Shown: positions 1 to 10,327, counted from the stretch's first letter. The stretch: DNA of 64,000 bases from Alphaproteobacteria bacterium (GCA_965216755.1 CBDCGL010000011.1:3552001-3616000), one strand, 5' to 3'. Made by a program: numbers and translations. Notes: generated by a model not told the origin, from the letters alone.

Positions 1-396
1 GGCGCGGTGGCACAATTTTGTCTTGGAATTGGCGTTTGGCGCAAGATCCGATTCCACGCAAACTCCGTCCTCATGATGCCTTTGACGATTTTGCGTTTTT
101 CGACCTCAGCGATGCCAGGTTGCCGTCGCCCTTCGTCGCGGCCGACATATCCGTTTCGCAGCGGTGCGCGAAGTTCATTATGGTCAATAGTGTGCTATGT
201 ATATGGGGGTGGTGCCCATCAGCCATCAAGCACCGGGCTTGCAAAACCCAAATATGCACGCCTGTGTCGATGCGCCCCGGCGACACTTGGCCGTGGCGGG
301 CTCCGCCGGTCGGTGGGTCGCGCCCCGAGTCGCATGACAGCTTCGGCATAGCACGGCGAAACGCGCACATCGAACCTCTCACTTTTTGGACATAAC

Positions 397-1419
397 ATGG
401 CAACTGCCTCGACGCGACTCACTGCCGTTGTTCCCTGCTATAATGCCGAGCGCTATCTGGCCGATGCGCTCAACTCTGTTTTTGCGCAATCCCTGCGCCC
501 CACGCAGGTGATCGTCGTCGACGACTGTTCAACCGATGCATCGCTAAGTATTGCTAGAAAATATCCGGTGGAGATCTTGCGGACGGTGCACAATGTGGGC
601 CCAGCGGCGGCCATGAATCTTGGTGCGCAGCACGCCAAGAACGATTGGCTCGCGTGGTTGGCAGCTGACGACACCTGGGACCACAATCATTGTCAAACAG
701 TGTCTCAACTCTTGGATCAGCATTCGGACGCGTGCGTGGCGTTTTCTGCCGTGCGGTTCGGGGGCAACAAATCCGGAACGTGGGGGCCCCGCCTACCGGC
801 GGGTGTGGCGGTTGAAGCCTTTTGGGATTGCTTGCGCGAGACGGTGGTGCCGGGGATCACAGCCATCGTCCGTCGCGATGCCCACCATGCCATTGGCGGC
901 TTCGACGAACAAATCCGCTTCGCCTCGGATTTCGATTTCTGGTTACGCTTGGCGCAGCACGGTCGGTTCGTCTGCACCCATGCCGTCACCGCCACGTATC
1001 GTTGGCACGAGCAACAAATCAGCCAAAAACCGCGACGGCAATGGCACTCCGTCTACTTGACCCGCTATCGGCTGTGGCGCAATGCTTTGGATGTGGGCGA
1101 CAAAGAATTCGCAGCGCGCATCGAAACGGTCATGCACGATGCCTGGGAACATGATCTCGGGTGGGCTTGGGATCAACACGCCATGGCCGATTTGCGCTAT
1201 TTGCTGTCGATGCGCATGTTGATGCCGCCTGCGCATCGTATCTTGTGGCTATGGGTGTTGCGTGGGATGGCGCCGACCCCCATGAGATCGGCGTGGTCTT
1301 TGATCCCGCAGCGCACGCGCGCGCGCCTGGTGCCCGGCTGGCTCGCGCGGCGCACGCCGGCATCGGACGGGCATCATCTTGATGGGCGACAAAAGATTTT
1401 CCGGTCACAAACATCGTAA
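397..1419 (+). CDS. Glycosyltransferase family 2 (GT-A fold)
   Basis: VVPCYNAERYL...VIVVDDCSTD N-terminus, ADD (DxD-like) motif, GGFDE...SDFDFWLR. Confidence 0.9.
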   Translation: MATASTRLTAVVPCYNAERYLADALNSVFAQSLRPTQVIVVDDCSTDASLSIARKYPVEILRTVHNVGPAAAMNLGAQHAKNDWLAWLAADDTWDHNHCQTVSQLLDQHSDACVAFSAVRFGGNKSGTWGPRLPAGVAVEAFWDCLRETVVPGITAIVRRDAHHAIGGFDEQIRFASDFDFWLRLAQHGRFVCTHAVTATYRWHEQQISQKPRRQWHSVYLTRYRLWRNALDVGDKEFAARIETVMHDAWEHDLGWAWDQHAMADLRYLLSMRMLMPPAHRILWLWVLRGMAPTPMRSAWSLIPQRTRARLVPGWLARRTPASDGHHLDGRQKIFRSQTS

Positions 1420-1516
1420 GGGATCGCCAACCCGCGACGACGTCGCCCGGTTGCGGTGCGTCCCATGAAACGATTGACTGAAAGGCCGCGCGAATCGAAC
1501 GCTCCGGCAGGGCGGT

Positions 1517-2203
1517 TCAATATTGTCGGACAATGCTCTCGGCGTTTCGGGAGCGCGTTGCTTCGGTCAGTTGATCCAGCAGATCAACGACGTCTCGCGA
1601 TGCCTTCTCCATTTGTTCAAATTCCGTCCGCGCTTTGTCGCGGTCGTCAGATTTGTGGTGCCGCGCCGAAGCCTTACCATGGGAATACACACGACTATGG
1701 GGGTCAGCCAATTCTTCCTCTTTCAGACTGTTTAAGCCAACCAACATTTCGGCAAGAGTCTTCTTCCACAGGAAATGATCCGACTTTGCCCTATGCTGAA
1801 CGTAATTTCGGATCGCAGGCTTCTCCAGGTTCAAAAACTGTTCATTGACCAACGATTCGGATTGACCGACCGCTTCGATCGTTTGTGCGACGTTGTTTTT
1901 GGTTCGTGCCGCGATCGTTCCGACGATAGCCAGACCTTTCGATATTTCCTTTGTCGCTTGGGTTTGCTCGGAAACCGAAGCGTTAAACTCAAGCGAGCGC
2001 TGTGCGCTGGACTGAACGCTATTCCCGATGACACGGAATTCATTGCCAACCGCGTCGATAAGCGCCCGACCTTTGTCAACCGTCGTTGCACACTCCTCCA
2101 TTGCGGCTTCAAACTCCGACATCTCAATTTGCGGCGAGCGGATTTTCTGTCGAATGTCGTCGGATGCCGCGTGTGTTTGGCCGGCGAGGCCCTTGACCTC
2201 GGC
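1517..2203 (-). pseudogene. Truncated methyl-accepting chemotaxis protein: end of signalling domain plus internally deleted CZB domain
   Basis: Similarity starts abruptly at AEVKGLAGQT, followed by SVSEQTQATKEIS and CZB-like AKSDHFLWKK...PHSRVYSHGK; no sensor/HAMP region or credible start. Confidence 0.75.
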
Positions 2204-2285
2204 GCGAGATCGATGGGCTCCGACTCTTCGGGTCTGCAACATGCGATACACGACGACATGTCGGCCCAACAAATAAGGATACGCC

Positions 2286-3242
2286 GTGACCAACAAACTT
2301 ATCGGTATCTCTTGCGTCGTCGGTGCGGGCGTGGCGTTTACGACCAACGATATGGCGATCAAGTGGCTGAGCGACGAAAATCCCCTGCATCAAATCGTTC
2401 TGGCGCGCGCGTCAATCGCGCTCTTGCTGACATTGGCCATTTTGGTGCCCTTAGAGGACGGCTACCGCAATCTATTGACTTCCCGGTGGTACCTTCACTT
2501 GCTACGTGGTGTCGTGATTGTCATCGCCAACATGGCGTTCTTTCTCGGCCTGGCCTCCCTGCCCCTGGGGGACGCAACGGCAATTTTCTTTGTCGCACCG
2601 CTTTTTATTACGGCTCTATCGGCGCTCCTGCTGTCGGAAAAGGTGGGGCCGCGACGTTGGGCGGCGGTATTGGTCGGGCTGGTCGGTGTCCTCGTCATGC
2701 TGCAGCCGGGCCGCGCCGCTTTTCAATGGGCGGCACTGTTGCCGCTCGTCGCTGCGTTCTGCTACGCCGTCATGCAAATCCTGACGCGAACCCTGGGGAC
2801 AACCGAGAGCGCGTCGACGATGGCCGCGTACATCCAAATATGCTTCGTGATGGTCAGCGGCACGTTTGGACTTATTTCGGGCGATGGCGCCTTCGCGACA
2901 CCTGATGCCGGCCCCCAAATGGAATTTCTCCTCCGTGCCTGGATTTGGCCCGGGCCATATGATGCGATGGTGATGGCCGGTATTGGCGTCTTGGGCGCGA
3001 CCGGGGCGTATCTTATCAGCCAAGGGTATCGCATCTGTGAGGCCGGTCTGGTCGCACCGTTTGAATACACCGCCCTTCCTCTGGCAGTCTTTTGGAGCGT
3101 TCTGGTGTGGCGGGAATGGCCGGACGCCGTCACCTGGATCGGCATCGCGCTGGTCTGCGGTGCCGGGCTTTATGTGCTCTATAGAGAATCAGCACGCGGC
3201 CAGAAAATCGTCCTTCGCCGGCCGCTGATTCGAAACCGATAG
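2286..3242 (+). CDS. DMT/EamA family transporter
   Basis: About 10 hydrophobic segments; LPLGDATAIFFVAPLF, EKVGPRRW, VAPFEY; AAGGA upstream of GTG start. Confidence 0.9.
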   Translation: MTNKLIGISCVVGAGVAFTTNDMAIKWLSDENPLHQIVLARASIALLLTLAILVPLEDGYRNLLTSRWYLHLLRGVVIVIANMAFFLGLASLPLGDATAIFFVAPLFITALSALLLSEKVGPRRWAAVLVGLVGVLVMLQPGRAAFQWAALLPLVAAFCYAVMQILTRTLGTTESASTMAAYIQICFVMVSGTFGLISGDGAFATPDAGPQMEFLLRAWIWPGPYDAMVMAGIGVLGATGAYLISQGYRICEAGLVAPFEYTALPLAVFWSVLVWREWPDAVTWIGIALVCGAGLYVLYRESARGQKIVLRRPLIRNR

Positions 3243-3481
3243 GGGGCTATGTGAAAAAAATGAAACCTTGTCATGACAACGGCTGAACGCCGGACCCACT
3301 GCACGCGCCACGACAGTGCGGTTGCGCCAGAAAACGGACCGCTTGGACGATCTTGGCCACGATGCCCCGGTTCTGGACGCGATTTTCTAAGGTACGGTAG
3401 CTGCGGCAATCGTTGGAAAAGGCCCTGAGGCATACGGCCCGCCGCAGCAAATTTGTTTGTATGCCGTGCTAACAAGCGTTT

Positions 3482-3979
3482 CTAACCGTTGGTCAGGCCG
3501 TCGTCGCCGTAGCGTGTCGCCGGACCTTGGCCGCCCGGGCCCAGACGTCCGTCAGCGCCGAAATGGCCTGCGCCGGGGACGTAATTGAACTCCACGCGAA
3601 TGCCGTCGGGGTCTTCAAACAGGATCGAGTAGTAGCCCGGCGCAAAATGCTCGCCAAGCTCCGGCCCATGAATGATTTTTGCGTTCAGTTCTCCTGCAAC
3701 AAACGCGTAGATCGTATCAACGTCCTCTTTCGATCGCGCGCGGAAACAAAAATGGTGGAGGCCGGGCGCATCCTGATCAAATGGCTGCGCGCGTTTGTCA
3801 GGTGGCGCACCGCGAACCAGAATGCCTGTCCGGCTGCCGATGCAATAAACCGCGTCGTCACTGCGCAGCAGCGTCTTCATGTCGAGAAAGTGGCACAGGC
3901 GTTCCCAAAACGGGATACAGACATCAGGAGTCCTGACCGTCAGTTGAATGTGCGCTATGCCGTTCACTTGGACAGTCAT
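3482..3979 (-). CDS. VOC (glyoxalase/bleomycin resistance) family protein
   Basis: GIAHIQLTV, PGLHHFCFRA, YYSILFEDPDGIRVE. Confidence 0.9.
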   Translation of the reverse strand: MTVQVNGIAHIQLTVRTPDVCIPFWERLCHFLDMKTLLRSDDAVYCIGSRTGILVRGAPPDKRAQPFDQDAPGLHHFCFRARSKEDVDTIYAFVAGELNAKIIHGPELGEHFAPGYYSILFEDPDGIRVEFNYVPGAGHFGADGRLGPGGQGPATRYGDDGLTNG

Positions 3980-4036
3980 TTTGCCTCCCGCCGAGCCGCC
4001 GTGTGACTGGTTGTATGTGCCGCTCTATACAGTGCG

Positions 4037-5695
4037 CTAGGACCTGGCGACCCACTGCCCATAAACCGGATACTGACTGCAAATAACCTCGATATATGCC
4101 GGCCGGCCCTCGTCATTGGCGGCCAAGGCGTCTTGAATGGCGCTTGCAAGCTGACCCGGCTGATCGACCCGCTGCGCGAACAGCCCCAATTCGCCGATGG
4201 CTTTCGAGCTGTCGATTTGGTCATGGCCGACGACTTGATATGTGTAGGGATCGTGGCCTTCCCCCCAGAACCCAGGACCGTAGCCCGCGAAGCCGCCGTT
4301 GCTTATGTGCAAAATGGTCACGCCGATGCGCTCACGCACAGGCACTTCCAGATTGCCTAGCATGTAGCCGACACCGGCGTCGCCGGTCACAGCGATGCAC
4401 TGACGCTGCGGAAACGCGATCTTGGCGGCCAGCGCGGCCGGTAGACTGAAGCCCAATGTCGAGACGTTGCCCCAACCCAGAAAGCCTCTTGGGATCAGGG
4501 TGTCGTATACGGTGCTGAGCTGGTCACGGGTGTTGCCGGAATCATGGGTCACAAAGGACGCCTCGGGGTCCAGGATCTCAGCCAACTCCTTGTAGACCCG
4601 ATAGGGGTTGATGGGTGTTTCGTCGCGCGTCATCGCCTCGCGATATTTGGCAAGCCCGGCGGACCGGCTGGCCCCGACATCGGCCGCCACCGTTCCTGGC
4701 GGCCGGCCGGCATCGCCAGTACGTGCGATTAATTTTGCATTCAACGATTGTAACGCTAACCGGGCATCGCCCAACACGGCATGGGTCACCGGGTGCATTT
4801 TGTTGACATGTTGTTCATCTATGATGCACTGCACGATGGTCTTGCTGGCCGCGTTTGGAATGCCGTGTGAGAAACGACCGGGGGACAAACTGGAACCGAG
4901 CCCGAACACCAAATCGCAGTTGTCAAGATGTTCGGTGACGTGATCCCCGCGCACACCGACGAACAAGGGATGATCTTCGCGCAGAATGCCTTTGGCCTTT
5001 AGTGTCACGACCACCGGCGCGTTGGCGAGCGTGACGAATTGTGCGAATTCCTCTGCCGCTCCTGCATAGATCAGTCCTTCACCCGCGTAAATAAGCGGCC
5101 GCGCCGCGGCGAGTAGATGGTCAATGGCGGCGTCGATATCGGCGGGATCGGGTGCGGTTTTCCAGCCCTTGACCGGTTGGTAGGGATCGGCCGAAAGATC
5201 GAAGGTCGCGTCGGCTTCAGGCACAGCGAGCACCACCGGGCCGGGTCGCCCGCTGCGCAGCTGCGTGAACGCGCGGCGCATGAACTCCGGCACCCGTTCC
5301 GGTTTGTCGATATATCCGTACCATTTGGACACGGACTTCAAACTGGCGGTCAGGTCAAACTGACTGTTCTCGGAACTGCCGGCCGGCACACCGTCGGTGA
5401 GGCAGAGCACCGGCGAGCCGTCTTCGTAGGCCTGCGCGAGCCCGGCATAGGCGACCTGCAGTCCGGCCGCGTTGACCCCACCTTGGACCGTGCAAACGCC
5501 AATCCTTTGCCCCGCCGTCACGCGAGAAAATGCGTCGGCGAGTGCGACGGCGTATCGGTCGTCACGCATCATCAACAGCCGCACGCCTTCGCGACCAAGC
5601 GCGTTATTCACCCTGCACACGGGAAACGTGGAGACCCAATCGATGTTCTCTTGTTTCAGAATTCGCGCGATGGCGGTCGCGACGTCACCCTGCAT
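4037..5695 (-). CDS. Thiamine diphosphate-dependent enzyme (acetolactate synthase-like fold), substrate unknown
   Basis: RRAFTQLRSGRPGPVVL, THDSGNTR, ThDP motif TGDAG...ISNGG. Confidence 0.88.
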   Translation of the reverse strand: MQGDVATAIARILKQENIDWVSTFPVCRVNNALGREGVRLLMMRDDRYAVALADAFSRVTAGQRIGVCTVQGGVNAAGLQVAYAGLAQAYEDGSPVLCLTDGVPAGSSENSQFDLTASLKSVSKWYGYIDKPERVPEFMRRAFTQLRSGRPGPVVLAVPEADATFDLSADPYQPVKGWKTAPDPADIDAAIDHLLAAARPLIYAGEGLIYAGAAEEFAQFVTLANAPVVVTLKAKGILREDHPLFVGVRGDHVTEHLDNCDLVFGLGSSLSPGRFSHGIPNAASKTIVQCIIDEQHVNKMHPVTHAVLGDARLALQSLNAKLIARTGDAGRPPGTVAADVGASRSAGLAKYREAMTRDETPINPYRVYKELAEILDPEASFVTHDSGNTRDQLSTVYDTLIPRGFLGWGNVSTLGFSLPAALAAKIAFPQRQCIAVTGDAGVGYMLGNLEVPVRERIGVTILHISNGGFAGYGPGFWGEGHDPYTYQVVGHDQIDSSKAIGELGLFAQRVDQPGQLASAIQDALAANDEGRPAYIEVICSQYPVYGQWVARS

Positions 5696-5734
5696 TGGCC
5701 CACTCCCGGCGTGTATTGTTGGCTGTGCGGTGCC

Positions 5735-6847
5735 CTACATGTCTGACCGCGGCGCGCTCAGCAAGGTTTCGATCCGGTCCTCGGTCACGCCGACGGTCGC
5801 CGCCGCCGCACAGATCCCGGCCCACGTTTTGTCGGGCAGCGGGATGCCGTCGCGCGTGCGCGCGGCGCGCATTTTGATCTCGGGCTCGCCAGGCATCAGC
5901 ACCTCGCCACCGGCCTGAACCGGGCGTGCCGACTTAGCGAACGTGACGTAGCGCGCCACCTCTTGCGCAAAATCGTCCGCCGCGTCGAAGCGTGCCGCCG
6001 CCATATAGATTGACAGCATATTGTTAGCCAACTTCGGCTCACCGGGCCGCGCCGCGCCGCCGCCGGTTAGCGCGCCGGCCAGCATCTCGCACATGATGGC
6101 GAGCCCCGAACCCTTGTGCAGACCCATGGCGCGGATCGCGCCTTGGCCGGTGCGTTCGGCGGGTGGTTTGCCGTCCACAAACGGGCCGTAAATCACTTCC
6201 GGGTCCGTTGTATAGCTGCCGTCCGGACCGACAAAGGCGCCTTCGGGCAGCGGCTTGCCGCCGCTGATCGCGACCAACACCTTGCCCTCGGCCACGATCG
6301 AAGTTGCGAAATCGAGAATCAGGGGGGGCGCCTTCTCGCGCGGCACGCCGATGACGAACGGGTTGGTCGACATGCGGGCCTCGCTCGCGCCGAACGGAGC
6401 CACGATCATGCCGATGCCAGAGGTGTTGACGAAGTGGACCGAAATCATGCCGTGACTGGCGGCAAGCTCGGCCCAATCGCCGACCCGACCGAGATGTGCG
6501 GCGTTGCGCAGGCCGACCACCGCGACGCCGTGCGCCTTTGCTATTTCGACACCGCGCAAGACGGCCTGCTCGCCGACGGTCTGGCCGAAGCCGAATGCGC
6601 CGTCGACCACGGCAAAAGCGCCGCCGTCGATCACGGTCTCGATCGTGCGGCCCGGAACCACGTCACCCTTACGCACGGCGTTGACGTAACGCGTGGTGCG
6701 GACCACGCCGTGGCTGTCATGGCCGACCAGATTGGCGTCGACCAAATAGCGTGCGACACGGGCCGCCTCCTCGGCGGTCACGCCGGCGGCCGCAAAGATC
6801 GCGCCGACCACGCGGCGCAACGGGTCTGCTTGTATGGTGCGGGTCAC
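5735..6847 (-). CDS. Ldh_2 family (malate/lactate/ureidoglycolate/sulfolactate-type) oxidoreductase
   Basis: ANLVGHDSHGV, AHLGRVG, TNPF, LDFATS, HKGSGL, MPGEPE. Confidence 0.9.
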   Translation of the reverse strand: MTRTIQADPLRRVVGAIFAAAGVTAEEAARVARYLVDANLVGHDSHGVVRTTRYVNAVRKGDVVPGRTIETVIDGGAFAVVDGAFGFGQTVGEQAVLRGVEIAKAHGVAVVGLRNAAHLGRVGDWAELAASHGMISVHFVNTSGIGMIVAPFGASEARMSTNPFVIGVPREKAPPLILDFATSIVAEGKVLVAISGGKPLPEGAFVGPDGSYTTDPEVIYGPFVDGKPPAERTGQGAIRAMGLHKGSGLAIMCEMLAGALTGGGAARPGEPKLANNMLSIYMAAARFDAADDFAQEVARYVTFAKSARPVQAGGEVLMPGEPEIKMRAARTRDGIPLPDKTWAGICAAAATVGVTEDRIETLLSAPRSDM

Positions 6848-6944
6848 GTCTGCCTCGTCTGCGAAGTTGGGGAATCCCGATTCGGTCCATGCTTATGCGT
6901 GGAGTGTGGATCGAACCGGCTTGATGCGCAATTGGCTAGGTTTA

Positions 6945-7034
6945 TTTCGGTGACAGTTTACTAAATACACAAAATATTGACACCCAGGGAATCGGTCCGC
7001 GAGATATGGCGTATGCAGGAAAGTGTCACCGAAA
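6945..7034. repeat. 90-bp inverted-repeat element, copy A (right arm degenerate)
   Basis: Ends tttcggtgaca...tgtcaccgaaa; 6940-6979 is the exact reverse complement of 13472-13511. Confidence 0.85.
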
Positions 7035-7064
7035 CGCGGACTGTCATGCGGCCGTCAGCTGCGT

Positions 7065-7151
7065 TGGTGCCCCCAGGGAGACTCGAACTCCCACGTCCTT
7101 GCGGACAACAGATTTTGAGTCTGCCGCGTCTACCAATTCCGCCACAGGGGC
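7065..7151 (-). tRNA. tRNA-Leu(CAA)
   Basis: gcccctgtggcggaattggtagacgcggcagactCAAaatctgt...gttcgagtctccctgggggcacca; long variable arm, encoded CCA, 87 nt. Confidence 0.97.
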
Positions 7152-7290
7152 TGGGTCGCTTCGCGTGAAGTGGGCGCATGATAGCCAGGCGCGGTGGGCG
7201 GTCAACCAGCCTGTGCGTAGCACCTTTGCAGGGCCCGCCGAAATCGACCCTGGCGCGCGCCGCTCGCGCGCCGTATTAAGGCGGCCAACC

Positions 7291-7872
7291 ATGTTGCAGC
7301 GTTTGTATGATCGCATTATGGCACTCGCCGCCCACCGCCACGCCTTGTGGGGCCTGGCCGGCGTGTCATTCGTGGAAAGCTCGGTATTTCCGATTCCGCC
7401 AGACGTCATGCTGATTCCCATGGTCTTGGCGGAACGTCGACGCGCCTGGACCATCGCCGCCGTGTGCACGATCGCGTCGGTGCTTGGTGGTCTGCTCGGC
7501 TATCTGATCGGCTTCGCGTTGTGGGAAGCGGTCGGCGCACCCCTGGTCGCTTTGTACGGCTATGAAGACAAGTTCGCCACGTTTACCGGGCACTACAATG
7601 AGTGGGGCGCGTGGATTGTGTTCGCCGCCGGCATCACGCCGTTCCCATACAAAGTGATCACCATCGCCAGCGGCGTCGCCCATTTGGACGTGGTGGTCTT
7701 TGTCGTGGCGTCGGTCTTGGCGCGGGGGATTCGCTTTTATTTCGAGGCCGGTTTGCTTTATGCCTTCGGCGAACCGATTCGCGGCTTTATCGAACGAAAT
7801 TTGGCGTTGCTGACGGTGATTTTCACGGTGTTGCTGTTCGCCGGCTTTTTGGTCATCGAGTGGCTGATTTGA
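7291..7872 (+). CDS. YqaA/DedA family membrane protein
   Basis: SFVESSVFPIPPDVML, ITPFPYKV, ARGIRF; start placed at MLQRLYD. Confidence 0.9.
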   Translation: MLQRLYDRIMALAAHRHALWGLAGVSFVESSVFPIPPDVMLIPMVLAERRRAWTIAAVCTIASVLGGLLGYLIGFALWEAVGAPLVALYGYEDKFATFTGHYNEWGAWIVFAAGITPFPYKVITIASGVAHLDVVVFVVASVLARGIRFYFEAGLLYAFGEPIRGFIERNLALLTVIFTVLLFAGFLVIEWLI

Positions 7873-7932
7873 CGCCGTGGCTATAACACGCATCAATCAC
7901 CGAGCCGCGTGCGTCGCTATATAAGGACGGTC

Positions 7933-8478
7933 ATGGTTGCACTGAACCAAACAGAATTGAAAACGCGCGCTCTCGACGCGCGATTTTTCTTCACGACGCT
8001 GCTGGCCGTTTGTGTGGTGATTTTGGGCTCGGCCTTGCTCAGCCAATTTGTCGGCGGCTTGTTTCCGTGCGAGCTGTGTTTGCTGCAGCGGATCCCCTAC
8101 GACATTGTCATCCCGATCAGCGCGATCGGCGCGGTCATCGCCTGGCGTCGCGGCCACGGGGCGCCGACACCGCTGTTGATTGCCATGGCCGCGGTGTGCG
8201 CCTTGGCGCTGGCCGCGGGTGCCGCCGTGGCCGGGTTTCATGTCGGTGTCGAGCAAGGTTGGTGGCAGGGCACAGAGTCCTGCACCGGCGGCGATGTCGG
8301 TCAAGACCTAGATGCCTTGCGCGCCGCGATCCTGGAAGCGCCGGCGGTGCGTTGCGATGAGGTCGCGTTCGAGTTGTTCGGCGTGTCGATGGCCGGATGG
8401 AACTTCCTGGCCTCGGTCGGCATGGTCGGCGTGATGACGTGGGTGGTGGTCACCTGGCTGCGGCCGCGGGCGGCATGA
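7933..8478 (+). CDS. dsbB: Disulfide bond formation protein B family
   Basis: PCELCLLQR, HVGVEQGWW..C, VRCDE...SMAGWN. Confidence 0.85.
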   Translation: MVALNQTELKTRALDARFFFTTLLAVCVVILGSALLSQFVGGLFPCELCLLQRIPYDIVIPISAIGAVIAWRRGHGAPTPLLIAMAAVCALALAAGAAVAGFHVGVEQGWWQGTESCTGGDVGQDLDALRAAILEAPAVRCDEVAFELFGVSMAGWNFLASVGMVGVMTWVVVTWLRPRAA

Positions 8479-9053
8479 GCGACACGCCAAGAGCAACTGG
8501 ACAGCGCCAAACCGCCGCCGGTCGGATTCCCGGCGACCTCACCAAAGCGCAACTGATCGCGCGCATGATCCGTGTCGATCATGCCGGCGAGTTGGGTGCC
8601 ACACGCATTTATGACGGTCAACTGGCGGTGTTGCGACGGACTAAAGCCGGCCCAGTCATCCAAGCCATGGCTGATCAGGAACAGCGACATCTGAAGGCGT
8701 TCGACAAACTGATGGTCGAACGCCGCGTGCGGCCGACGGTCTTGAGCCCGGTCTGGCACGCGGCTGGGTTCGCACTCGGTGCGGCCTCGGCGCTGCTTGG
8801 GTCCAACGCCGCAATGGCATGCACGGAGGCGGTCGAAACCGAGATCGAGGGGCACTACGCCCGACAGGCGGCCTTGCTCGGTGATGACGAGGCGGATCTA
8901 CGGTCGACCATCGAAGACTTTCGCGCCGACGAAATCGCCCATCGCGATACGGCGGTGGCGTCCGGCGCCGAACAGGCCGTTGGGCATCGGACATTGCGTG
9001 GCGCCGTGCGCGCCGGCACGCGGTTGGCGATCTGGCTGTCGGAACGGGTCTGA
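8475..9053 (+). CDS. coq7: Demethoxyubiquinone hydroxylase (di-iron Coq7 family)
   Basis: MIRVDHAGELGA, EQRHL, AMACTEAVE, DEIAH. Confidence 0.92.
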   Translation: MSDTPRATGQRQTAAGRIPGDLTKAQLIARMIRVDHAGELGATRIYDGQLAVLRRTKAGPVIQAMADQEQRHLKAFDKLMVERRVRPTVLSPVWHAAGFALGAASALLGSNAAMACTEAVETEIEGHYARQAALLGDDEADLRSTIEDFRADEIAHRDTAVASGAEQAVGHRTLRGAVRAGTRLAIWLSERV

Positions 9054-9196
9054 ACAGCACGCGTCATCGTCTGCGCGCAGCCCAGCTCATCGCACGACGC
9101 CGGTTGACGGCTCTGTCAAATCGGATCCAACGTGCCAAGTGAACACGCTGCCCTAGGGCTGCAACTCTTGGCATCGGCGCGTCGCTGGAGGACCCG

Positions 9197-10306
9197 ATGA
9201 AAATCACAGATGTCACCCTGACGTTGTTCGCTTGGGACGATATTCCCGCCACCGGCTACGGCCATCACACGGGTCGGTTCGAAGGCCAAAGCCAACTTGG
9301 GCTGCTGACGATTGCAACTGACGAGGGCGTACGCGGCCACGCTTTCTTGGGCAGCGCCATGAACAGCGCCGCGCATGACGGGGCGGTGCTGATCGCCAAA
9401 CTCAAACCGATCCTGATCGGCGCCGATCCTCTCGACCGCGAACGACTCTACGATCACATCGATCATCGTCGCCGGTATGTGCCGTTTCGGGGCATCGGCG
9501 CGGTTGACATCGCGCTTTGGGATATTGCCGGCAAAGTCGCCAACCTGCCGATTCACCGATTGCTCGGCACTTATCGGCACAGCGTGCCCGCCTATGCCTC
9601 GTCGGCCGTATTGGCGTCGGGGGAGGCCTATGCCGAGGACGCGGTCAAGTTTCGCGAAGATAGGTGGGCAGCCTACAAGATCCACCCACCAGCTGAATGG
9701 CAACAGGATATCGAGGTTTGCCATGCGGTGCGGCGCGCGGTCGGCGACGACTTTCGGGTCATGCTCGACGCGACCTGGAGCTATAGCTATGAGCACGCGT
9801 TGCGGGTCGGTCGCGCCATCGAGGAACTCGGCTTTTATTGGTACGAAGATCCGCTTGCCGACGACGATATTTACAACTGCATCAAGCTGCGCGAGAAGCT
9901 CGACATACCGCTGATGGCGACAGAATATTCACCTGGCGGTTTCACGGCCTACGCGCCCTGGATTCTGAACCGCGCGACCGACTATTTGCGCGGCGACGTG
10001 GCAGTCAAGGGCGGCATAACTGCAGTGGTCAAGACTGCCCATCTCGCCGAAGCGTTCGGCATGAACTACGAAGTCCATCATGGCGGCAATTCGCTCAACA
10101 ACTGGGCCAACCTGCACGCCGTCTGCGCGATCAAGAACACCCAGTTTTTTGAGGTGCTGTTGCCGCACGGCGCGCACAAATACGGGCTGGTTGAGGATCT
10201 GGACATCGATCGTGATGGTCACGTCCACGCGCCGGACAAACCCGGGTTGGGCGCCGAGATCGATTTCGACCTGATCGAAAAGAAAAAAATCGCCGTCTTG
10301 TCGTAG
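9197..10306 (+). CDS. Mandelate racemase/muconate lactonizing (enolase superfamily) protein
   Basis: AVDIALWDIAGK, YKIH, MLDA, WYEDP, MATE metal ligands, PGLG. Confidence 0.9.
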   Translation: MKITDVTLTLFAWDDIPATGYGHHTGRFEGQSQLGLLTIATDEGVRGHAFLGSAMNSAAHDGAVLIAKLKPILIGADPLDRERLYDHIDHRRRYVPFRGIGAVDIALWDIAGKVANLPIHRLLGTYRHSVPAYASSAVLASGEAYAEDAVKFREDRWAAYKIHPPAEWQQDIEVCHAVRRAVGDDFRVMLDATWSYSYEHALRVGRAIEELGFYWYEDPLADDDIYNCIKLREKLDIPLMATEYSPGGFTAYAPWILNRATDYLRGDVAVKGGITAVVKTAHLAEAFGMNYEVHHGGNSLNNWANLHAVCAIKNTQFFEVLLPHGAHKYGLVEDLDIDRDGHVHAPDKPGLGAEIDFDLIEKKKIAVLS

Positions 10307-10327
10307 CAACTCCGGCGCAAGCGTGCG

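Noticed and set aside
1-396. Several overlapping 67-125 aa ORFs at the window start
   Set aside because: No recognisable motif in any frame; cannot choose a real gene.
1775-2905. 376-aa plus-strand ORF
   Set aside because: Antisense to the MCP remnant and out of frame over the DMT gene; shadow ORF.
6961-7290. ORFs across tRNA-Leu, including a 95-aa N-terminal extension of YqaA
   Set aside because: They translate tRNA and repeat sequence; the real start is 7291.
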